Positions 37,721 through 50,812 of a DNA stretch of 64,000 nucleotides are shown one piece after another; the stretch's first letter is position 1, and every line of letters begins with the position of its first letter. Source of the stretch: Torpedo marmorata (lineage: Eukaryota); assembly GCA_977017645.1 (NCBI GenBank), contig OZ360252.1:18414001-18478000 (forward strand), given 5' to 3'. The translations under genes and the position numbers were made by a program. The notes beneath the pieces are model-generated. The model did no database searches. It was not told where the DNA came from and worked only from the letters and a program-made list of their open reading frames with translations.

Positions 37721-38233
37721 TTGCCGTCCGCAACTTTCTAAATGAAAGCATTTTTGTCCGTGGTACTTCTCATTGGAAATGTTGATGAATCATATACAGT
37801 GTCGCGAAATTAGACTTCTGAGAAATACCACGTGAAGAGTCCATTCGGCCCTCCAAATATGCACGGATCAATAACCACCCAACTATAAATTAATGCTATT
37901 GTTATTTCCCACAATTCTCAGCGTCTCCCTGCAGATTCTGCCACAAAAACACATACGACAGAGACCTTAGAGTGGTCAGTTAATCTATTATAACATGTCT
38001 TTCGGTTGAGGAACAAAACGCATCGCACAGAGCAAAAACACAGGGCCACACGGAGAGCGTGTAAAATCCACACAGATAGTAACTGAGGGCAAGACTGACC
38101 CTATAGTCTCCGGGACACTGAGGAAGCGACACGAATTGTTGAAAAAAATTATTATAAGCATCCTTTTTTCAGTTATTTTGTGACGAAGGATAATATTCGC
38201 TTATATATTATGACATAAAGACTGTGAACGAGA

Positions 38234-38633
38234 GATTGCACAAGTCAAAAATCTGCACAATTGCTTTGCTGGAAAATTTGAGGGGGATAGATAGAGTTGA
38301 TGTGGATAGACCTTTTCCATTGAGAGTAGGAGAGATGAATACCAGAGGTCATGTGTTGAGGTTTGACGGGAAAAGGTTCAGGAGTAACATGAGGGGGTAT
38401 CTCTTTACTCAGAGAGTGGTTGATGTGTGGAATGGGCTTCTGGGAGAGGTGGTGGAGGCAGGATCAATTCTGTCATTTAAGCAAAAATTGGATAGGTATA
38501 TGGATGGGAGGGGAATTGAGGGATATGGGAAGGGTACTCGTAGGATGGATTAGAGGAGGGTACTTGGATCGGTGCGGACTAGAAGGGCCGAACTGACTTG
38601 TTTCCATGCTGTAGTTGTTATATGGTTATATGG
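38234..38633 (+). mobile_element. CR1 LINE 3' end inserted into a duplicated segment
   Basis: RGIDRVDV...TRGH...VWNGL with an (atatggtt)n tail; absent from the paralogous segment at ~28710. Confidence 0.85.
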
Positions 38634-39409
38634 TCTCGGGAGGATGTAAACACTCCCACTCAAAATTCCCTTTGCCGTTTCAGAGGCATCAGGAAATATG
38701 TTAATCATTACCAGATTGGCTTCCTTGGGGAAACAGATGGTAATTAGCCTGAAAACACAACAGCTGGTCTCACCGGTCGGGAATCCAAGTACTGCTCCAT
38801 TTTTGGCTGGTTGAGGGCACATGTGAACTTTCAGCATAGAACGCAAGAGGGCGCTGTGAATGAGGTTTCTCAGAACGATGTATCCTTGTTGAAGATGTTT
38901 TATTGATTGAGTGATAAACCATTACACCAAGCTTAAAAAGTAAAACTATGCAAAATAGAATAATGATATAAAAATGCCGCTGAAGGTAATCTGACATGCC
39001 AGTTTCCTCACTCTACAGAAAGTAACAGGAACTTTCTCAGGCACAGTGTATTCCTGTTTGTGGGATTGTGTTGAGTCCACAGGAAATCGGTCTTTCTGAC
39101 GTTAGTTCAGAACCGGCCACATTAGGTTCCGTGTTGTTAACAATCTCCCTTCCACCAGTAGCTTCAAAGACTAGTAAGCTTTGCTCAGCTCTCCACTCTT
39201 GGAAAACACGGGGTGTGATGCTGCACATTTATAGCCAGTGATTCCCAGAACATTGCATTAATACATAATCAGTAATGCAGAGGGTTTAAAGTAGAATACT
39301 TGGAAACATAGAGGCCGGATAAAGGCTCTTCACCGCCTTTGGAAAGGTTTTTGTGTGTAGAAGATGTTTATCTAAATTGAAAATCACTGATAAGTCCTTA
39401 GAGGCATTA

Positions 39410-40270
39410 ATTCATGCAGCACAGGAACAATCTCTTTGTGCGACATCTCGATGTTGACCATCAAGCACCAATCTATAATTATCTCCATCACCAGCACTTG
39501 CTCTTATGTAAATCTACTCCATCAATTGATTCTGAATTGTTATAAGAGTACATGCATCCAGCACACCTGCACTTATCCAAATGTGTTCCAGGTTGCAATT
39601 ACAGTCCAGGCGAAAACAAATCTTCATCCGATCTCTACCAAACTGCATCCACCTTACGTCAATCCCATGCCGTCTGGTCTGTGAATCCTCTGGCACTCGG
39701 ACATTTTGTTGCTATCTACCTTGTCTGTGTCTGACATCATTTTTTGCACCTCCATCAGGTCCCCACATTGCCTCCTCTGCTCCATGGATAACACACCAAG
39801 ACTCTCCAGTCTTTCCTCATAATGAATAAATTGCATCTCGAGGCACCATGCTGATGAATCTTTTTTGCACCCTCTGCAGCGCCATCACATTCTTTCTATC
39901 GCGTGCCAACTGTACCTGCATGCCACAGTCTAGCTGTGGCCCAGAAGATGCTTTATAAAGTTCATCTCACTTCTCGCCTCATCTGTGTCCCTACCAATGA
40001 ATGCCAGCGATTTTGCGTGCTTTCTTTACCACTATTTATCTGTGCTTCCACCTGCAGGATATTTGGGCTTGTACACCAAGTCCGCTTATTCCCATCTGTA
40101 CGCTCGACATCTCTGCCATTTATGATATATGTTCGGGCTCTCATCATGTATCCTGCTCACTTGATCGGCTTAACTCAATTCTAACGTTTCCCTGCCCAAT
40201 CTTTGAGCTGGTTAATTTAGCTCTGTGGTCAAAGACCACCCTCCTCACTATTAAAGCCACCAACAATTGA
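39410..40270 (-). mobile_element. Old degenerate CR1 fragment
   Basis: YEERLESLGVLSMEQRR..GDLMEV.K remnants. Confidence 0.65.
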
Positions 40271-41911
40271 CTTGCCATCTACGTTTACGCACAATATCTC
40301 AAAATATAACTCATTTCCACTGCATGTACAGATATCAGACGACGATGAGAGGGAGCGAAGCGAGTTGGGGGAACAAGGGATTGACATTGTGCAGGAAATG
40401 TTAAAATTGCATGATCTAAAATAGGGCAAGCAAGGAACATTCAGAACATTCCTCGTTTCCCAAGTCTCACCACTTCTTCTCGCACTAAATAATCAAAGTA
40501 CCAGAATAAATCAATCAAATTACAGAAGACTAATTTAAATGATTTAGAAAACGAATAATACAATCACAAATCATTAATATAACCAACTCACCTTAAGTCT
40601 TAACCTTCTTATTTGGTGGTCAAATGTCTGTCAGTCATAAGAATGGGCTTGTCCAAACTGGTGCAGGTTCGGGGAGTGGATTCCAATGTGGGACTGCTGG
40701 GAAGTTTCTGCAAGCTGCTGTTTCACCAGGCTTCAGCCTTCCCGATTATATCACTGCAGGGAAAGGGGACAAGGTGGTTGGGGAATCATTCATCCATCAT
40801 GGTCTGACCATCATAGGCTTTGTTGAAGATCACGTAGCGTCTGCAGATTGCCCTTATTGTAGTTGCGTGGTTGGGAATTAAAGGTAATTGATGGACAAGT
40901 GAGAAATACGTTGGTGGAAAATATGTTAGAGGAAAATAAGTGGGAGATTGCAACTGATTAGAATACACTGCATGAACACATATTGTTCATAGTCACAGAG
41001 AAATATTGCAACATAAATCCCACTCTCATTGTCCCAAATACTTACAATCTGCCCACAGATTCTACCACACTACAAAGATGCTCGTCTTTGAATTGTTGGC
41101 AGAAGCAGGAACACCTGTAGAAACGTCACGATGTCCCAAGGAGAAAGGACAAACTGCCCACAGACAGCAGACGAAGGTCAGGATTGACCCTGTGTCTCCT
41201 GGTAGTGTGGGGAATTTGAATGATGAAACTACGAAGTGCACCACTGGGCCATTCATAATTCGACTGAATAATACCTCATTTTCTCCAAAGAAAATACGGG
41301 ACTATAATTGTGTTCCCATGTTGCTGCTTGCTTGTGTTCATTTTCAATGGTTGTGTTCCTTCCAGTGATCAATTAGCTGTATAGGTTTTGGTTCTTCAAG
41401 CACTAACGTTGTGTAATAGGCGCTAAGCAATTCATTCTGAGTAAATGTAAGTAACTCCAAGCAATACCCTATTCATACACTTTGATGTTATTTACAGAAC
41501 ATGCAGAAATGATGCCTGTCCTAACCAAGGTGCACAGGTATAACCAGTTGGGTGGTTCAGATCCCAGGTTTGTTTATATTTCTTGACCTGCAATATTCCA
41601 TAAAATATGTGTGCTCATCAAATATTTTATTTTTTACAAATATTAGTGAACTGATTTTGGCATCTGTGTCATAATTGGCATTGTCTAATATAGTTAAACA
41701 TGATTTATGATATCGAACATGTGGTGAAAGTGTTAACTCTACTTGTTTATTCATTGACCGTGATGAATTCCATTCCTAGAGACTTCAAATACACGTTATA
41801 TAGAGGGTTTTGTTCAATTCATTATCGACAAGTGCCTATGAGAACACCATCTCTGTCACACAGGGATCGGAACTCTTCAGAAAGGGAAGCAAAACTCGGT
41901 CTAATAACAAG

Positions 41912-42035
41912 ATGGTGGTGTCCAGTTTTACAATAGACCGCAGTCATCCAATTCCAATTGTCATTCAGATATTGTTAACACTTTGGGATATACAGATGGT
42001 TTACTATCCTCTCCTTGCTGCTGTTGGTATCCCAG
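41912..42035 (+). CDS. GPR139/GPR142-like class A GPCR, exon 1
   Basis: ATG at 41912; MVVSSFTIDR...IQMVYYPLLAAVGIP|gtaag, phase 1, matching the family YYP...GIP/VN junction. Confidence 0.8.
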
Positions 42036-42665
42036 GTAAGTACGTTTATACAGTTATGAATTTTCAAACAATGTTTAAATATCAATCCATTGTTAGAATT
42101 TAGTTCTGGCAGATCACTTAATTTAAATTGAGGGTACCTTCTAATAAGTACGGTACATTTCATTGTTACTGAAGTAGAGGTATGCCAAAGATACTGATCC
42201 CCATGTAAGCTGCATTGGCAATGCGAAGACTTGTAGATATCTACAGGCAGGAATAATGCGGAGAATATAACATAAGGTCTTGATTGTGTTCAAGAACTTG
42301 CTTTGAAGCAGTCATTTGTGAATTAAATTAAGACCAGAATTCAGTCTCATGGACCCACTCTTGCACACACTTGTGACAGCTGGTTAGTTTGTGTTGCTTG
42401 TCGTGTATTAGTCTTACTGAATATGTAGTGAATTCGTCTATTCCCTACTGATTCAATAAGGAATCGACGAATACAGTGCACATATATATTTCCCTATTTG
42501 TTCCCGATTCAAATTTAAAATCCAGCCTCGTGCAGAAAATGTAGTGCCATGTAGAAGAACAATGTCTTTCTTTTGTGCAGACAATCAGAGTTGTAAATCA
42601 CTCAACATCAAATTGTTGCCTTTAACTGCCTGATCTCTAATCACAGTCTCCTCTCTTCTTTACAG

Positions 42666-43504
42666 TTAACTTGGTGACTATTTTTATCTTTTCACGGAAA
42701 AGATGTGGTCTTTCCAAGTGTGTCACTTTCTACCTGCTGACCATGGCAACCGCAGATCTACTGACCATTATCATCGATCTTGTATTGAGGCATATTCTAA
42801 TTATTTATCAGCTTCAATTTGTATTGCACATCCCTCTGTGCAATATTCATGCTGTCTTGCTTTATGCAGTCACAGATTGTTTTGTCTGGTTCACTGTAAT
42901 GTTTACCATTGGTCGATTTGTGGCCATTTGTTGTGAGAAAATGAAAGCTAAATATTGTACCGAAAAGGCAGCAGTGACGATTTTAGCAACGGTTGCTGTT
43001 TTATCTCTTTTAAAAAAGGTAATTTGGTATTTTGTGTATACAGGTATGTATTGGCTTTTAAATGATCCTTGGTTTTGTGTCGTAAGAGATGGCAATCTGA
43101 ATTCACGTATCTGGGGAGCGATTGGATTCCTTCATTTTATTCTAACACCTGGGCTTCCATTTATTCTTATTCTGCTTCTCAATGCATTGACCGTCAGGCA
43201 CATTTTAGCGGCCAGCAAAGCCCGCAGGAGAATAAGAAATCTAGGCACCGGGGAACCCCGAAAGGACACAGAGATGGATAACCGAAGGAAATCAATCGTT
43301 TTATTATTTGTTATCTCGGGGAACTTTATAATATTATGGGTGGTATTTATGACGTACTTTATTTGGCGACGAATGAGATATTTAGGCTTGACGTCTGAAA
43401 ATGTACCTTTCTTTGTGCGGGAAATGGGGTTCATGCTCCAACTCCTGTCGTGCTGCACAAACAGTTGTATTTATGCCGTGACCCAAAATAAATTTAGGAA
43501 CTAA
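42666..43504 (+). CDS. GPR139/GPR142-like GPCR, exon 2 (possibly an incipient pseudogene)
   Basis: ttctttacag acceptor; VNLVTIFIFSRKRCGLSKC...MATADL...GRFVAICC...KYCTEK...ENRRKS-like DNRRKSI...LLSCCTNSCIY. The stop at 43502 precedes 17 more family-like codons ending at 43558. Confidence 0.88.
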
Positions 43505-45429
43505 TTCATGGACGTTGTCAAATACCCTTTTACACTAATTGTCAAAATCGCTAAATGATAGAATTAATGCAAATTCTTCCAGCATCAATCTGAAGGCCAC
43601 TACGTCCCCTCGTCCATTGCCTGAAATGAGCCGTGCACGCAGGAGATACAAAGTGTCATTTTAATGTGGTCATAAAGACCAACCGCCTCTTCCTGGGTCT
43701 CCAGTTTCCTCCCACGTGAGTAATTTAATAGTAAATTGTCTGTGAGTGGTAGAATCTATGGGTACGAATGCGAACTTTTGGAGAATAATGAGTGTGTGAT
43801 CAGTGTAAATTAATATTTTATTGGCCGCGCAGACAATAGACAATCAATCTATGTCTATTCTGCATGACTCGTTTCTGTGTGTTTTTATGTAGAATCGCAG
43901 AAAGCCTGTCAATTCATATCTAATTAACAATTGCAAAGTATGGAAACAATTCCGTTTGGATGAAAGTAGTTCTCCTTTCGGATTTCGCTACCAGCGTTTA
44001 ATTCTGTTGATAATCTACTTTAATAATTCATGTTTTTGTTTTCTGATTTGATTAACTATTTACAAATATATCGATGGAAACCGAATTGTAGAATCCACAC
44101 GCTTTTGGCATTGCAATGTAGATTATTAATGGAAACGTACACCCAAACATTTTACATATCTGAATGATGGATGTACCTTTTTTATAACAATAAAGTAATA
44201 TTATAGATTAACACCAACAAATGCAAATAGAAAGAACGAAAGTAAAGATAGGCATTAATGGTTGACCAGAATACGGAGCAAGTGGAAGCGTGCTGGACAG
44301 ACTCTTCTTATATCATTGGACACTACAAAATATTTTACAGAAAACCTTGGGAAATAGTTTTCCAACCACCTTATTTTTTCTGAATTTGGTAGTGTTGGCA
44401 AGATCAGTTTTTATTCATCACACCTACTTATCTTTGAGAATGAGGTGGCGTGTTTTCTTTCTGCGTCTTCGATGCGGTATTTGAATAAGTTATATTTTGT
44501 TTCGATTTCGAGAAAAGGTTTAGGAGTTATATGCACTTAATGTATTTCCGAAACTAAAACACTTTATTTTATAAAGCAGCAGAATTAATTGAATTGAACC
44601 TTTTTTTATCTCAGTGTTGAAGAGAAAAAGGCATCTTCCTCTGAAGCAAAACATTTCTACTGTCCATCCAAAGTTATTTCTGAACTTCGGGATCCTATGT
44701 TTATTGTAGTGGCAACCTGAAAGTGTGCGTCCACTGTGTAATCTGAAATTTTATATTATTTCAATCCTTGGAATACGGGAATTTCCGTCTATTGTTATCT
44801 AAATAGCAACTTCTCCAACAAGATGCAGGGGACAACAATTCTCAAGGCAGGACTGGAGTTACACTGAGGGCAGACAGTTTATTGAAGCTATTAATGTGCT
44901 CGGTGCGACATTGTTGGAAACGTGTTTTTTTTACAATCAGTTGAATCATACACTTTATTTGAAGGTTACAACGACAGACATGAATCAGCTCATTATTTTA
45001 AAACCTTGCATCAGCTGTCATATTCTACAGATTATACTTAACTACCCTGAATGTGCAAAATTATTTTATGATTTTAAAAAATCAGAACGATAACAGTGCT
45101 CATGAAAGTTCTAGTCCATATATATTGTTCTCGCATTGAGCTCCCGAGTAATCGAAGTGGTTGCTGTTTTCGTATATCGTGGATTTTCATGTATTTTTTT
45201 ATTTAGGACAAATTATGAGCAAATCAATTGCACAATTCTATCTGAAACATAAATAACGTTACTTCAATTTTTACATATACAAGTTGAGTGTTCAATGGCT
45301 ACTGAACATCACGCACACTTATTGCATGGCTGTAAAGAAAGGCGTCACATTATCGAGAGCCCGTTATCTAGTCACCCCCGGGTGCCTTAAGCATCTACAT
45401 ATCAAAAACATTTACAAAGGGTAAATTAG

Positions 45430-47863
45430 ATGCGACAGAGCGGGAGGGGTGAAAGGGGGAGCAGTGGCATTGCTCGTCAGGCAAAATATCATAGCTGTGC
45501 TCAGACAGGACACACCAGAGGACTCGTCTACTGAGGCGATAGGGGTGGAACTGAGGAACGGGAAAAGTATGACCAAATTCATGGGTTTTGGCATGAATTC
45601 ATGGCAATGTGAAATTGTGGCGCTGCAGCGGTAGCGTTGCCGCTGGTGCGGTCCCGCGGGGAGCGTGTGAGCGGAGATACAGCGCTCCCACGGGGTCCAG
45701 CCGCCCAGTCGACTACCGTCGGTTCCGCACGGGCTTTGAACGGTCCGTTAAAGGAGCCGACGGTGGTTTTATTTAAGATCCCGCGACCACGGGGTCTGCG
45801 CCCAAGATGGCAGCGCCTTTTACCTGGCAGCAACCACGAGGGGCTGAAGATTCCGGGGAAGCGGAGGACTGGAGCAGGGCACCAAAGGACGGGAAGATCA
45901 CCCCCGTCTGAGAAGGAGAAGCGGAGGAGACGACCCACGGGACGGTGACCAAGGCGGCGGATCGGTGAGGGGATCTGAGGCTGAAGGACCAGTGCATGCG
46001 GCGGGCTGCAGGTGACTCGAGGCGAGGAACCCACGGAGGCTGTGGGCTGCAGGACACTGCTGTCGGGGGACTCACGACGGGCTGCGGACTGCTGGAGGCT
46101 GGCTCAAACTGGCTGGAGGAGTACCAGGTATCGGAGCCGGGATGCGAGGGGGTGCCGAGGGCGACCTTACCGTGTTGGACGTTCGGATCTGGAGCTCGGG
46201 ATGCCGATGGTTTGGACTGGACTCTGTGAAGCTGCGGAGGCTGCGGAATCGCTGGAGGCAAATATATGGACACTTGGCGACTCTGGGGGGACTCACTTTT
46301 GTTTCTTTTTCTCTGACTGTAAGGAATGGTAGAGGAGCTACGGCAATTTATGCCGGTGGCGAATGTTTGCCTTGCAGCAGGCAAAAAGTAATTTCCTGGA
46401 ATATGACACTATCTTATTACTATGACAATAAATTGAATCTTGAATCTTGAATCTTTATTATAGACAGCCCAATAGTCAGCGAGATTTGGCGGAGCAAGTC
46501 TCTTGAGATATAGCAGACAGGTGCAGGAAATTTAAAGTTGTGATTGTTCGAGATTCTAACTTTCCACATATTGACTGAGATTCCCATACTGTAAAAGGAC
46601 TGAATGGCTTAGGTCTCATCAAAATTGTTCAGTAAAGATACTTAAATCAAAATATAGTTGTACCAACTGGAGAGAGTGCAATATTGGATCTCCAATAAGC
46701 GAAGGAGACAGGATAGGTGACAGAAGTATGTATAGGGGAACATTTTGGGTCCAACGATCATAATGCCATTAGTTTCAAGTTACGTATGGATAAGGATAGA
46801 ACGTATCCTCGGGTTTAGATTCGAAAGTGGAGTAAGGACAATTTTGAGGAAATGAGGAAGGATCTAGAAAGCGTGTATTGGGATAAGTTGTTTTCTGGCA
46901 AGGATGTGTTTGATCAGTGGAAGGCCTTCAAAGGTGAAATTTTGAGAGTACAGAGTTTGTATGTTGCTGTCAAGATTAAAGAAATAATGTTAACAGGCAT
47001 AGGGAACCTTGGTTTTCGAGTGATCTGGTTAAGAAAAAGTGAGAGGTTCAGAGAAGGTATGGGCAACAAGGAGAAAATGAGCTACTTTTGGAGTATACAA
47101 AATGCAAGAAAAATCTTAAAGAAATCAGGACGGCAAAAAGAAGACATAAGTGTCTTTGGCAGATAATGTGAAGGAAAATCCTAAGGGTTTACACAGGTAT
47201 ATTAAAAGCAAAATGATAGTGAGGCACAAAATTAGTCCCCTTGAAGATCAGAGTTAAGTATTGAGTTTCGGTGTTGCGATGTTAAAGTTGTACAAGGCAT
47301 TGGTGAGGCCATGTTTGGAGTATTGTGTGCAGTTTTGGTCACCTGGCTACAGGAAAGATATGAATAAGATTGAAAGTGTGCAGGGACGATTTACTAGGAT
47401 GTTGCCTGGACTTCAGGAACTATGTTACAGGGAAAGTTTAAACAGGTTGGGATTTTATTCCCTGGAGCGATGAAACATGGGGGAGATATGATAGAGGTGC
47501 ACAAAATTATGAGGGGCATAGACAGAGAAAATTCAGGTAGGCTTTTTTCCACTGATGTTAGGTGAGATACAAACGAGAGCACATGGCTTAAGGGTGAAAG
47601 GAGAAAAGTTGAGGTAGAACAATAGGGGGAACTTTTTTCAGACAGAGAGCAGTGGGACTATGGAACGAACTGCCAGCTGACGTGGTGAATGAGGGCTCGA
47701 TTTTCACATTTAAGAAACATTTGGACAGGTGCATGAATGGGAGATGTATGGAGGTATCAGGACTGGGTGCAGGTCAGTGGACTTGGCAGGATAGTAGTTC
47801 GGCACAGACTAGAAGGGCCGAACGGCCTGTTTTCTGAGCTATAATATTCTCTGGTTCTGTGGT
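45430..47863 (+). mobile_element. CR1 LINE (endonuclease region joined to 3' end by internal deletion), interrupted at 45590-46454
   Basis: GGAVALLVR, VELRN, YYRQPNS and GDSNFPHID remnants; jumps at ~47255 to LYKALVRPCLEYCVQFWSP; tail ttctctggttctgtgg. Confidence 0.9.
45617..46454 (+). mobile_element. GC-rich non-autonomous retroelement, best-preserved copy
   Basis: Head gtggcgctgc, ccaagatggcagcgcc motif, tail atgacaataaa(ttgaatc)3; sits inside the CR1 coding sequence. Confidence 0.85.
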
Positions 47864-50092
47864 AAATTCTAATAAATTGTTACTGCATACAATTCGATTT
47901 CAATCGTTCGTCAACTTCACCAGCACTTCACATGACCATTACAAAGACAAGTTGCATTCAACTCATAGGGGAAAATATCAAAACAAATCAGTCGCCCCGG
48001 TTGTGATAATATGACGTGTAGAAAACTGTATGTTCATCTTGATAGAAAGCTGCAAGCAATGTTCAATCCTGTATTCCGTTCTCCTTTCTTTAAGACTGTT
48101 GTTAGAAGAAGGTATCCGGAACTTTATGCTGGAGTTACCTGCAAAATAATGCAAAGACAACACACTCACCCCGGGAGAATGTAGACTTGCATGACATACC
48201 TGCTTGCAGTGTTGAGAATATTTCCCTGCAATTCACTTTATCTTTAATTGCGAAACCATGGTGCAATATCTCTGAATATATCAGAGTAATTAAATGTTAC
48301 AAATAAGGCGGGCCATGAAAACAAATGTAAAGATAATGTGGAACTGTGCTTTCTTTCAATTACAAATTAGTTGGATTTTCTCCCTGATGAGATTGTTTTG
48401 TAATTAATCATCTCTGAAATGTTAACACAATGTGAATAATACAGAATAGAAATTATTGTTTCGCTCCAATTCATCTAAATGTTCCGACAGGCTCATCATT
48501 TCACCCATATCCTTCCATTCTTTTCCATTCCGTTTAAACATCTTTATCGCTTAAATTATGCCTGCCTCTTCCACCTCCCCTGTCAATTCGTTCCGCTCGC
48601 CAACAACCCAAGAGCTTTCCACTCAGGACTCCATTAAACACGTAACATGGAATTAAATTAGTGGCATCTTAATTGGACCCCATGACACTCGGAAAATGAG
48701 TGTGACAATCTAACATATCTCTTTGCTCTATAAATGGATGATTCTCCTTAAAGTCACCCCTCACCCTCCTGCGCCCCACTGACATCAATGACTGCCGATC
48801 AGAGCCCCACCATTCTCACCATGTGACAGAATTCATCCGGCTCCGTGGAAGCTTCCAGCTGATTGTGCGTTAATATATCTGAAACTACCACTTTCCTGAT
48901 ACACACATGTTTCAGATCAGGAGCGTACACCTACATTGGACACCCATCTCCCAATCACGACCCATGCTGAATACTGGTGCCAATTTGTCATTCAGGACAC
49001 CATACCTGCGTTACTACACAGACTTCCATTTGGGTCACGAAGGGGACCTGGCTATCCTTTTCATTTAAACATATTTATCAGTAAGTTTCGGAATCATTTA
49101 TTAATTTAGCTGACCTGAGGACTATTGTGCCCTCTTTTGGCTTTCATATGCACGTTCTGAAGACCTCTTCTCATCCACTAGAAACTTCAAATAACTCGTT
49201 TGATAACAATTTTCTGCACCTGTCTGACGTTCCCTTCCTTCCCTGAAAACAAGAATTTCTTTTTTTATTTCCCTGAATCTTACTATTCTAGCTTCTTACC
49301 CTTACTTGCTCTTTGCTTTGTGTTTCTTCCGGAACTGGCGTATCCGCAATCACTCACCTTGCCCTACCGCAGGGAAAGGACACAGGCAATGGAAGCGTTT
49401 TGCTTACCGTCCTCCAAGAGAAGCTGTGAAGTATGGAACCGGACCGTCATCTCTTGTAGGCGCTGCCAAGGCGGGATGTGTGAACGTCTCACTGTGAGGA
49501 TTATCAATGACGTTTGCCGACAACGAAACAGGGAAATCGGGATCTATGAGAGAGAATTCTGAAATATACTGTAAATAAAGTTGAATGTTGCCCCCAGGGC
49601 AAAAATAATCAAGGTCGAGGGAGAGAAAACAGGAAAGGGGCTTGAAGCCATATCATCAGAAATGATAGGTTTGAATGTTGGCAGAGGATTGAGGGGCTGA
49701 ATGGCCGAAAGCAGCGCGTTCTTTCCATGATGTCAATGATTGTGAAAGCACATTTGACACCATTACACAACGAGTATGATCAAATTTCTGACTTAGGAGG
49801 GCATTGCAACAATCGCCAGTAGGGATTTAATGCATCTCAGTGAAGCGAAAGTGCCTTTTGTTGGGAGCCGGGGGCAAGACAGAGTTTATGGTCCCCACTG
49901 CCGTTCCTGTGCAGGTTTAACTTGCAGATTGACAGCCCAGGAGGAACACAAAATATTAATTAGACACGTGGATCATACTGTACTATCAAATGTGTCCGAG
50001 TAAGTCATGAAACCGCACCTTAATCAAAAAAATGGTAATGCTTTGCTTCACAGACAACTGTTTAATGCGAGTCTAACTGAGACAGAACTCAC

Positions 50093-50224
50093 CAATGGTG
50101 TTGGTATCACCGTTGACAACCGTCAGCATGAGCGGATCATCAGCACCACTACCCACGCGGAACTGATAGTCTTGGGAATCAATGGTTTTGTTCTCAGCGC
50201 GGTCATAGTCGGCAGGATCCCTAT
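50093..50224 (-). pseudogene. Orphan 132-bp cytoplasmic DYD exon, paralog of 35595-35726
   Basis: ctccaag acceptor, gtgagt donor; RDPADYDRAENKTIDSQDYQFRVGSGADDPLMLTVVNGDTNTI. Confidence 0.7.
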
Positions 50225-50281
50225 CTTGGAGTAGCAAGCTATATTACGCCTGATGCAAGGATTTGTTCCTCGCGTGATGCA

Positions 50282-50812
50282 CAGTTTCACCTCACACTTA
50301 TCAGCATTAAACTCCATCTGCCATTTTTCAGCCCACTTTTCTAAGCAGCCCAAATCCCTCTGTAATCCTTGAAAACCTTCTTCATTATCCACTATTCCAC
50401 CTATCTTAGTATCATCTGCATATTTACTAATCCAGTTTACCACCCCATCATCTAGATCATTGATATATATAACGAACAACAATGGGCCCAATACAGATCC
50501 CTGAGGCACACCGCTGGTCACCGGCCTCCAACCTGACAGACAATTATCCACTACCACTCTCTGGCCTCTCCCTTCCAGCCAATGTTCAATCCATTTGACT
50601 ATCTCAGAATTTATACCTAAAGACTGCACCTTCCTAACTAACCTTCCATGCGGAACTTATCGAAGACCTTACTGAAGTCCATATAGACAACATCCACTGC
50701 GCTACCCTCATCCACATTCCTAGTCACCTCTTCAAAATATTCAATCAGATTGGTCAAACAGGACGTTCCGCTCACAAATCCGTGTTGAGAGTTCCCGATC
50801 AGACCCTGTCTA
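50282..50812 (-). mobile_element. CR1 RT core fragment
   Basis: SQHGFVSGTSCLTNL, YMDFSK, VTSGVPQGSVLGP and YADD motifs; one frameshift near 50635. Confidence 0.92.
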
